DNA from: Bacteroidia bacterium
GTDB lineage: Bacteria; Bacteroidota; Bacteroidia; Flavobacteriales_D; Parvicellaceae
Reading direction: 5' to 3'
Assembly (NCBI GenBank): GCA_030426105.1
Contig: JAUHZI010000002.1
Location: forward strand, 67,651 to 131,650
DNA: 64,000 bases
Positions 54,508-62,104 of this stretch are shown in pieces (position 1 is the first letter of the stretch; each line of letters starts with the position of its first letter). The position numbers and the translations under genes are program-made. Under the pieces are notes generated by a model. The model was not told the origin of the DNA, did no database searches, and worked only from the letters and a program-made list of their open reading frames with translations.

Positions 54508-55848
54508 TTAGTAATTAGTGAATGTTAATTTCAATTTTGGTTTATCTTTCAAAGTTGTAGCTTGACCATTAAATACAACTCTATTAGCGGAGATTCCACT
54601 TTGATTAGGTAAAATACTTAACGGCGTATTTGAAATTTCACCAGAAAATATTTGATTAATATGTCTTGTTATATTGAATACATATTGGCTGTTGTCAAAG
54701 TCATATGTTCCTCCAAAACCTTCTGTAAAGTCTTCAATAAAAACATCATCACCATCTTCGTTTATTCGTGTTAAATAAAGTTGAGAAGCAGGTAAGTACT
54801 TATCTAAGGCGTAGTATTGTGCTGGTAAAATTAATTCAGCCTTGTTTACAATAACTTTTTCATCTTTGATGTATTCAGAAAGGTGAGGAAAATGAATCTT
54901 GCCTTTAACCCCTCCCAAAGTTTGGGTAAAAAACTGGGTTTGACCTAGAGTTGAGTCTGCTAATTCATTCCCAACATAAAAACCGCTATTATCCATCGAT
55001 ATTCTATGGAATCTAGCTGATTGAGAATTGAAGTTTAAATCGTAGGCAATAGTGTCTTGCGCAACTGTATCTCTATAGAAGATAGTGATTTTTGAATACT
55101 CATCAAGTAAGTCAGCATATACAATTCCTCCTTCGTTAATATTCTGCGTTGTATTCGATTTGATTAGTAGCCCTTTAAACCATTCAACAAACTCTCCACT
55201 ACCATCATTTCCATCTAAAATTCCTGTGCCAGATTGATTAATGATATCCCACCCAAATGAATTTTCATCTAAAGGTATTGTAAGAATTGGTTCCTCAACA
55301 AATTCTCCTTCAACACTTCCAGGCGTATATGGCGCTGGAGAGATAGATCCCATTCCCATAGGAACAAGATTCCCTGTTAAAGAATCAATAGAAGAACTAG
55401 AATAATAGCTAGAATCAATATAAAAATCGGAAGCAAGTCGATAAACTTCAAAGTCCTGTGCTTGTTGATTTCCATAAAAGTTGCTGATTTTTAAATAGAG
55501 TCGAACCGAATCAACAACTAAGTCAGTTAAGTTCCCACTAACAGGTGTAAAATTAACAGCTGAAGACAAGCGTAACTGAGCAAAAATAGATGACTCAATT
55601 CTTCCAAAAAAAGGATCAATATAAGAGCCTAAAAGATTGTCTCCAGATAATTCATCTGTAGGAATAGTATCTCCTTCTTCAATATATGTGATTAATTGAG
55701 TGGTATCAGAAATAGCTAAGTTCAGTTCGTCTCCTTGAGGTTGAATTGCTAAACCTAAATCGTTTTCTTTTTTCTTACAACTAAAAAAAGTAATAAGAAC
55801 AATAAATAAAGTAGCGGCTTTAGTTGGCCAAAATTTCATCATTTTCAA
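54508..55848 (-). CDS. DUF4270-like lipoprotein
   Basis: 446 aa with lipobox ITFFSC. It sits between the glycogen-synthase-like gene and glmS, as I recall is typical in Bacteroidota. Confidence 0.6.
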   Translation of the reverse strand: MKMMKFWPTKAATLFIVLITFFSCKKKENDLGLAIQPQGDELNLAISDTTQLITYIEEGDTIPTDELSGDNLLGSYIDPFFGRIESSIFAQLRLSSAVNFTPVSGNLTDLVVDSVRLYLKISNFYGNQQAQDFEVYRLASDFYIDSSYYSSSSIDSLTGNLVPMGMGSISPAPYTPGSVEGEFVEEPILTIPLDENSFGWDIINQSGTGILDGNDGSGEFVEWFKGLLIKSNTTQNINEGGIVYADLLDEYSKITIFYRDTVAQDTIAYDLNFNSQSARFHRISMDNSGFYVGNELADSTLGQTQFFTQTLGGVKGKIHFPHLSEYIKDEKVIVNKAELILPAQYYALDKYLPASQLYLTRINEDGDDVFIEDFTEGFGGTYDFDNSQYVFNITRHINQIFSGEISNTPLSILPNQSGISANRVVFNGQATTLKDKPKLKLTFTNY

Positions 55849-56647
55849 TTATGTTGTTATAAAAATCTTGATGTGCAGTAATCAACGTTTCTTCTGTTTG
55901 GTAATCTAAAACTGGTTTTTCAGATTCTTTTATATAACTACTAATTGATTCATTTATTGTTTCACTACCAATTCCAATAGCATCTGCCCATTTAATCCCT
56001 AAGATGTTTAGGTTTTCAATTGTAGGCTGTCCAAGGACATTGATATCTTCAGCTTCAAAATTGTCAAACTTTAATTTGTCGATTAAACGCTCGTTAAAAA
56101 CACCTCCTTCACCTTGATTGTAGGCAGTATATACAATCTTTACATTTTCAAAATGAGGATCATTGTTGTACATTTTCTTTAGGTACAATGGCATAAATCC
56201 TGCCATCCAACCATGACAATGAACGATGTCAGGTTTCCATCCAAGTTTTTTAACAGTTTCCAAAACCCCTTTACAGAAGAATATAGCTCTTTCGTCATTG
56301 TCTTCGTGGAAGTTCCCATCCATATCTTTACAAGTACTCTTTCTTTTAAAATATTCTTCATTATCTATGAAGTATACTTGCATTTTTGCTTTAGGAATAG
56401 AAGCAACCTTAATGATTAAAGGGTGGTCAGCGTCATCAATAACTAAGTTCATTCCAGAAAGTCTGATTACTTCATGTAATTGGTGCCTTCTTTCATTTAC
56501 TACTCCAAAACGAGGCATAAATACCCTAATTTCCTTGTCTTCCTCTTGTACTCCTTGAGAAAGTCTTCTCACAGAAGATGCAATACCTTCTTCTGGTAAG
56601 AAAGGAAATATTTCTTGGGTAATGTATAAAACTCTTTTCTTTGACAT
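55820..56647 (-). CDS. short glycogen/starch-synthase-like protein (N-terminal Glyco_transf_5 domain only)
   Basis: MSKKRVLYITQEIFPFLPE...HCHGWMAGFMPLYLK. About 275 aa, so it lacks the C-terminal GT1 half. The start was moved to the ATG at 56647, downstream of the -7 box. Confidence 0.75.
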   Translation of the reverse strand: MSKKRVLYITQEIFPFLPEEGIASSVRRLSQGVQEEDKEIRVFMPRFGVVNERRHQLHEVIRLSGMNLVIDDADHPLIIKVASIPKAKMQVYFIDNEEYFKRKSTCKDMDGNFHEDNDERAIFFCKGVLETVKKLGWKPDIVHCHGWMAGFMPLYLKKMYNNDPHFENVKIVYTAYNQGEGGVFNERLIDKLKFDNFEAEDINVLGQPTIENLNILGIKWADAIGIGSETINESISSYIKESEKPVLDYQTEETLITAHQDFYNNIIENDEILAN

Positions 56648-56674
56648 AAAATCGCTGTTTTGTTTTTGGGAACA

Positions 56675-56682
56675 CAAAAATA
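56675..56682 (-). promoter_or_regulatory. candidate -7 box (TATTTTTG on the minus strand)
   Basis: The plus-strand CAAAAATA lies 28 nt upstream of the ATG at 56647. Confidence 0.4.
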
Positions 56683-56715
56683 TAAAAAAAAAACCAATAC
56701 TTCCAACAAATCAGT

Positions 56716-56723
56716 TAGTTTTG
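56716..56723 (+). promoter_or_regulatory. candidate -7 box (TAGTTTTG) for panCD
   Basis: Exact TAnnTTTG match 71 nt upstream of the ATG at 56794. Confidence 0.4.
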
Positions 56724-56793
56724 TCCAAATTTGTCCATTATAAGAAGGTTTTTGTTCTATTAACGTAAACAATTAATTCATAATAATTTAACG

Positions 56794-57630
56794 ATGCTAA
56801 TATTTAAAACACAAAAGGAGTTGAGAGGATATTTGGAGCAGTTTTCAACCCAAATAATAGGCTTTGTCCCTACAATGGGAGCCTTGCATCAAGGGCATTT
56901 ATCTTTGATTGAAAACGCAAAGCAAACAGCCGATATTGTGGTGTGTAGTATTTTTGTGAACCCAACTCAGTTTAATGACTCTAAAGACTTTGAAAAATAC
57001 CCAATAACACACGATCAAGATATCGATTTGTTAGAAAAAAAGGGTTGTGATGTGTTGTATTTGCCAGAAAGTGTGGAAGATGTATATCAAAATGAGAAAA
57101 AGATTTCAGTTGATTTAGGAAATATCGCTAATGTAATGGAAGGAGCTAATCGTCCAGGGCATTTTAACGGTGTTGTTCAAGTTGTAAGTGTTCTTTTTGA
57201 TATTGTTAAGCCTAATAAAGCCTTTTTTGGATTAAAAGATTTTCAACAGTACTGTATTATCAAAAGAATGGTTCATGAATTGAAATTGGATATAGATATT
57301 GTCGGCTGTTCAATTGTTCGTGAAGAAAGTGGGCTAGCCATGAGTTCGAGAAATATGTTGTTGACAGAGACAGAAAAAGATGAAGCGTTAATTCTAATTC
57401 AGACACTTAATTATTTGCAGGAAAACTGTAAACAAGGGGATGTAAAGCATTGGTTGGAAAATGGGATGGCCCTATTGAAAACTCAAAGTCAACCAGAATA
57501 CCTAACTATTGCAAGAGCGGATACACTTGAAACAGTAGAATTTCTAGAAAAAAATACAGAATATAGAGCTTTTGTTGTTGCCCATGTAGGAAATGTTAGG
57601 TTGATAGATAATATTGAGATTTTTGTATAA
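56794..57630 (+). CDS. panC: pantoate--beta-alanine ligase
   Basis: GFVPTMGALHQGHLSL and FGLKDFQQ motifs. Confidence 0.95.
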   Translation: MLIFKTQKELRGYLEQFSTQIIGFVPTMGALHQGHLSLIENAKQTADIVVCSIFVNPTQFNDSKDFEKYPITHDQDIDLLEKKGCDVLYLPESVEDVYQNEKKISVDLGNIANVMEGANRPGHFNGVVQVVSVLFDIVKPNKAFFGLKDFQQYCIIKRMVHELKLDIDIVGCSIVREESGLAMSSRNMLLTETEKDEALILIQTLNYLQENCKQGDVKHWLENGMALLKTQSQPEYLTIARADTLETVEFLEKNTEYRAFVVAHVGNVRLIDNIEIFV

Positions 57631-57642
57631 CTTTGCGCCGCT

Positions 57643-57993
57643 ATGAATATTGAGGTTTTTAAATCAAAAATACATCGAGTTTCTGTAACAGAAGCTGATT
57701 TGAATTATATAGGAAGTATAACCATTGATGAGACATTGATGGAAGCTGCAAATTTAATTGAAGGAGAGAAAGTTCAGATCGTTAATGTAAACAATGGGGA
57801 ACGTATCGAAACTTATGTAATTAAAGGAGCGAGAGATTCAGGCGTTATTTGCTTAAATGGCCCAGCAGCAAGGAGAGTTGCTGTAGGAGATATTGTGATT
57901 ATCATTGGATATGCAACAATGGATTTTGAAGAAGCAAAAACATTTAAACCAACGATTGTTTTCCCTAACCCAGAGAACAATAGAATTGAGTAA
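57643..57993 (+). CDS. panD: aspartate 1-decarboxylase
   Basis: [23 protein letters not shown] contains the Gly-Ser self-processing site. Confidence 0.95.
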   Translation: MNIEVFKSKIHRVSVTEADLNYIGSITIDETLMEAANLIEGEKVQIVNVNNGERIETYVIKGARDSGVICLNGPAARRVAVGDIVIIIGYATMDFEEAKTFKPTIVFPNPENNRIE

Positions 57994-58012
57994 TATACGT
58001 TTGATTTAACTC

Positions 58013-59023
58013 ATGAAAAATCAACTGGTTAAAATCCTTAAAATTATTATTCCACTACTTATAGGAGTGTACCTGATGTGGTATTTTTGGGATAATATGT
58101 CTGAGAAGGATAGAAGTAGTTTTTTTAGAGCATTAAACGAAGCAAATTATTTTTGGTTTTTCTTATCGTTAATATTTAGTTTTTTAAGCCATTTAAGTCG
58201 AGCTATTCGTTGGCGTTATATGTTGGAGCCAATAGGGCATAAGACGAAATTAATGAATCGTTACAATGCGCTAATGATTGGTTATATCATGAATTTGTTG
58301 ATTCCTAGAGCTGGTGAAGCTTCGAGAGCAGGAGTGCTGTATCAAACAGAAAAAGTTCCTTTTAGTAAATCATTTGGAACCATTATTGCCGAACGTGTAT
58401 TTGACCTAATTATGTTGGGTGTTGTGGTGTTACTAGCTTTGTTTTTTAGTTATGATGACTTAATGGAAATAGCTTCAAAAAACGGGTTGTTTAACCGAGA
58501 AAGCGAAGCTGGGGGAGTAGCTTTAGGGTGGATCGCAATTGGTGGATTAGTTGTGTTTTTAATCGCAGGAATAATTGTTTGGAAGTTTGTACCTAAGGTA
58601 AAAGAGAAGTTAATTGGATTCTTCAAAGATATTGTTGCAGGCGTTTTTTCTGTATTTAAGTCAAATCACCCTTGGCGTTTTCTTGGTCACACCTTGTTTA
58701 TCTGGGTTATATATGTAGCATTCTTTGGATTGTGCTTTTTTAGTTTAGAGTCGACAAAAGTAGTGCCTTTTGGTGGAATCCTAATTGGTTTTATAGCAGG
58801 GACTTTAGGTATTATGTTTACAAATGGAGGTATGGGAGCTTACCCTATGTTAGTAGGAATGGTAATTACTTATTATTTGGGAGAAACATTGGGAGAGGAA
58901 GAAGCCAAAGGTGTAGGAAATGCATTGGGAATGATGATTTGGTCAACTCAAACTGTAATGATGATTGTATTGGGGCTTATCTCACTGTTGCTAGTTCAAA
59001 GGTCAAAAAAAGCTCAGACCTAA
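58013..59023 (+). CDS. lysylphosphatidylglycerol-synthase-TM-region-like (UPF0104) flippase-like membrane protein
   Basis: 336 aa with about 8 hydrophobic segments and the motif LSRAIRWRYML...PRAGEASR. Confidence 0.7.
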   Translation: MKNQLVKILKIIIPLLIGVYLMWYFWDNMSEKDRSSFFRALNEANYFWFFLSLIFSFLSHLSRAIRWRYMLEPIGHKTKLMNRYNALMIGYIMNLLIPRAGEASRAGVLYQTEKVPFSKSFGTIIAERVFDLIMLGVVVLLALFFSYDDLMEIASKNGLFNRESEAGGVALGWIAIGGLVVFLIAGIIVWKFVPKVKEKLIGFFKDIVAGVFSVFKSNHPWRFLGHTLFIWVIYVAFFGLCFFSLESTKVVPFGGILIGFIAGTLGIMFTNGGMGAYPMLVGMVITYYLGETLGEEEAKGVGNALGMMIWSTQTVMMIVLGLISLLLVQRSKKAQT

Positions 59024-59026
59024 TAC

Positions 59027-59701
59027 TCAAGCTTTGCCAGCGATAAGCATAACAAATTCTCCTTTAGGTGTTTTCTGTTCGAAGTATTGTCTCACTTCAG
59101 CTAATGTCCCCCTTGTTGTTTCTTCGTAAAGTTTTGAAATTTCTCTAACAACAGCACATTTTCGGTCTTCACCAAAAGCCTCTGAAAACTCTTTTAAAGC
59201 TTTTACAATTCGGTAGGGAGACTCATAAAAAACCATAGTTTTCGTCTCTTCTTTTAATGCTTCAACACGTTTTTTTCTTCCTTTTTTATGAGGTAAAAAC
59301 CCTTCAAAGACAAAGCGGTCACATGGTAGTCCAGAATTGACCAAAGCTGGTACAAAAGCTGTTGCTCCAGGTAAGGTTTCAACCTCTATATCGTTTTCAA
59401 TACACGCTCTTACTAGTAAAAAACCTGGATCAGAAATCGCTGGAGTTCCTGCATCACTAACTAGGCAAAAAGTAGCATCCGACATCGAAAGCTCTTGAAC
59501 TAATTGCGCTACAATTTTATGCTCATTGTGTAGATGGTAAGAACGTTTAGGAGTATTAATCTCTAAATGTTTTAATAATTTACCTGAAGTACGAGTATCC
59601 TCAGCTAAAATTAAATCACACTCCTTTAAAACGCGAATTGCTCTTAGTGTAATATCTTCTAAATTTCCTACTGGAGTAGGCACAATGATTAATTTTCCCA
59701 T
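59027..59701 (-). CDS. rsmI: 16S rRNA (cytidine1402-2'-O)-methyltransferase
   Basis: GKLIIVPTPVGNLEDITLRAIRVLKECDLILAEDTR (tetrapyrrole-methylase fold). ATG at 59701 preferred over the TTG at 59710. Confidence 0.9.
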   Translation of the reverse strand: MGKLIIVPTPVGNLEDITLRAIRVLKECDLILAEDTRTSGKLLKHLEINTPKRSYHLHNEHKIVAQLVQELSMSDATFCLVSDAGTPAISDPGFLLVRACIENDIEVETLPGATAFVPALVNSGLPCDRFVFEGFLPHKKGRKKRVEALKEETKTMVFYESPYRIVKALKEFSEAFGEDRKCAVVREISKLYEETTRGTLAEVRQYFEQKTPKGEFVMLIAGKA

Positions 59702-59707
59702 GATATA

Positions 59708-59715
59708 CAAAGTTA
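59708..59715 (-). promoter_or_regulatory. candidate -7 box (TAACTTTG on the minus strand)
   Basis: The plus-strand sequence is CAAAGTTA. Its final G (minus strand) lies 7 nt before the A of the rsmI ATG, which implies a leaderless mRNA. Confidence 0.4.
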
Positions 59716-59863
59716 ACTAATTTTAATTGTAATAGTGCCAATCAGTTTATAAAGAGATGTTAGTTTAGAACGTTTTACTCTAATACAGAACATCAATTTA
59801 ACAACTATTTAAGTTTTGGCATTGTTCTTGTTTATTATCAATCGAACCATAAAAAATACCGCT

Positions 59864-61123
59864 ATGAAAAATATTTTACTTTTTACCAGTTTTATTTTCA
59901 TCTTAATGTCTTGTACCAAAACACAAGGTGAAATTTCAATGACGTATGAGAAAGCCACTGCGGTTTATGGTGATTTAGAAGCAATTCGATCTTTACCTTT
60001 AATTAAAGTACAACAAACATTAAAAAATCCAGGGAAAATCTATATTGGAGAGGATTATATTTTGGTTGGTGAAGAAGGAGAAGGAATTCATATTTTTGAC
60101 AATAGTAATATGACCAACCCAATTCGATTATCTTTTTTACAGATACCTTTTAATAAAGAGTTTTTTGTAAAAGATAATGTTTTGTATGCCGAGTCGTTAT
60201 ATGATTTCTTGAAAATTGATATTTCTAATGTATACCAGCCTCAATTAATTAGTAGAGCTAGAGATGTTTTTGGAACACCATATAAAAACGATAAGGGAGA
60301 GTCTTTGATCGCATTTAGCTATGAAATGGCTACAGATGTTTTTGAACTCAATAGCCCTGAAGCGGAAGAAATTAAAAGACAGGGAAAAATGCATATAGAT
60401 TATTTAGATAATGTTATTCCTACATCAACAATTCCATCTTCATTTACAAGTACTTCAAACGGTGTTGGTACATTAAATAGAATCGCAGTTGAGTATAATC
60501 ATATTTATGTGTTAGGTGGAAATACTTTGCATGTTTTGAGTAATGGTGGAACAGCAATTATACATCAAAATGATATCAAGCTAGACGATGGAATGGAGAC
60601 AATATACGCTGATAACAATCGCCTGTATATCGGATCTGAGGATGCAATGTTAACCTACAATGTAAATAACCCAAGCAGACCATCTAGAGTATCTGAATTC
60701 TCACATACAACAGCTTGTGACCCAGTTTTGCCTAATGGAAATGTTGCATATATGACTTTAAGATCAGTAGATAATGCAGGATGTAATGTTGCTGATGAAA
60801 ACTCTTTAACGGTAGTTGATTTATCTAATGAAAATGAACCAGAAAGTATTCAAACAATAGAAATGTTAAGCCCTTATGGTATGACCATGTTGGGATGGTA
60901 CTTAGTCGTTGGAGAAGGAACCAATGGGTTGGCAATATTTGATGCATCCAATCCTTCTGATTTAGTTGAAGTAGCAAGAGTTACAGGAATTGAAGCTTAT
61001 GATGTAATGCGTCATCCTTCTAATCCTTATATTCTAATGACAACTAGTAGTGCAGGATTGGAGCAGTTTGAGATCGATTATAATACCTTTCAATTGACGC
61101 CATTAAGTGTGGTGAATTATTAA
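59864..61123 (+). CDS. LVIVD-repeat-like beta-propeller lipoprotein
   Basis: Lipobox ILMSC. Repeated units resemble YLVVGEGTNGLAIFDASNPSDLVEV and NSLTVVDLSNENEPESI. Start set to MKNILLF. Confidence 0.6.
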   Translation: MKNILLFTSFIFILMSCTKTQGEISMTYEKATAVYGDLEAIRSLPLIKVQQTLKNPGKIYIGEDYILVGEEGEGIHIFDNSNMTNPIRLSFLQIPFNKEFFVKDNVLYAESLYDFLKIDISNVYQPQLISRARDVFGTPYKNDKGESLIAFSYEMATDVFELNSPEAEEIKRQGKMHIDYLDNVIPTSTIPSSFTSTSNGVGTLNRIAVEYNHIYVLGGNTLHVLSNGGTAIIHQNDIKLDDGMETIYADNNRLYIGSEDAMLTYNVNNPSRPSRVSEFSHTTACDPVLPNGNVAYMTLRSVDNAGCNVADENSLTVVDLSNENEPESIQTIEMLSPYGMTMLGWYLVVGEGTNGLAIFDASNPSDLVEVARVTGIEAYDVMRHPSNPYILMTTSSAGLEQFEIDYNTFQLTPLSVVNY

Positions 61124-61131
61124 GGATAACT

Positions 61132-61773
61132 ATGTTAAGTTTCAGAAATATAGTTTTAGTTTCAGTTTTATTGCCTTTGCTCTCTTGGGCTTCCACACCA
61201 GAGGGTAAAGGTGGTAAAATAACTCAACCTTTAAACCTGCAAAAGATGAGTGTTTATGAAGGTCCCAATATTACTTTTAACCATCGTCCTTATTTGGGGT
61301 TTGGAATCAGAAACTTTATGTTGGACTATAATGGAACAATACAGTTTAAAAACTGGGCAGAATTAGGAGTTGGAGTTGGGTATCACAGTAATTCTACAAA
61401 GTTTTATTCGGCATCTGATAAACATACTATACGTGTCAATTCATTACCAACATATGTAACAGCGATTATTTACCCATACCACGATAATAATAGAGCTTTT
61501 TATATTAAAGGGAATTATGGAATTCCTAATAATTTCAGTGGGGCTAAAAACCAAAATGATGGAAGTCTAGCAGCTCGAATGTTTCAAGGGGGAATAGGGT
61601 ATAAACATTATGATTATAATTCCAATCGCTCATGGTATGTAGAATTATCACAGTATTCAACTGTGGCAAAAGGAACGTTTAAAGATCTTGATACTTACAA
61701 CGCTACAATTGATTATAACCTACAGTTTTATGGGATTGTGGTAGCTATAGGTGTGAATTTGAATGGGGGGTAA
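61132..61773 (+). CDS. exported beta-rich protein, possibly a small outer-membrane barrel
   Basis: 213 aa with a signal peptide and alternating aromatic/Gly beta pattern. It starts 8 nt after the upstream gene. Confidence 0.55.
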   Translation: MLSFRNIVLVSVLLPLLSWASTPEGKGGKITQPLNLQKMSVYEGPNITFNHRPYLGFGIRNFMLDYNGTIQFKNWAELGVGVGYHSNSTKFYSASDKHTIRVNSLPTYVTAIIYPYHDNNRAFYIKGNYGIPNNFSGAKNQNDGSLAARMFQGGIGYKHYDYNSNRSWYVELSQYSTVAKGTFKDLDTYNATIDYNLQFYGIVVAIGVNLNGG

Positions 61774-61777
61774 TGAT

Positions 61778-61906
61778 TTACATGGTCCCCATTCTTGTTT
61801 TTACTCCTTTCCTTCCATCGCATTTACGTGGAGCTTTCTTTGAAGCACTACAAGAGGCCAAAAATAAAGTGACTAGTCCTAATATGATTCCTTTTTTGAT
61901 GTTCAT
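61778..61906 (-). CDS. unlisted 42-aa basic mini-lipoprotein
   Basis: Manual minus-strand translation gives MNIKKGIILGLVTLFLASCSASKKAPRKCDGRKGVKTRMGTM*. It has a clean lipobox (LASC) and falls below the 60-aa cutoff of the ORF track. Confidence 0.5.
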   Translation of the reverse strand: MNIKKGIILGLVTLFLASCSASKKAPRKCDGRKGVKTRMGTM

Positions 61907-62104
61907 AAGCGGTAAATTTAAGATTTACTATTGTTTAGAATAATAATCATTTCCAGAGGCTATTTTTAGAGTTTTATTATTGTTTTTAAGTAAAAGCTCC
62001 CCCATTAAAATACAAATGTTTTACTAGGTTTTTATAGCTCTAAGAAAAAGAGTTGGATTATAATATACTCTTTATGACTATAAAATGTTACAATGGTTAC
62101 AAGC

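Noticed and set aside
56179-56772. Cluster of 60-110-aa ORFs overlapping the glycogen-synthase-like gene and its upstream region
   Set aside because: They are all shadows of the minus-strand CDS or cross the promoter region. The 56569-56772 ORF would run through the candidate -7 boxes.
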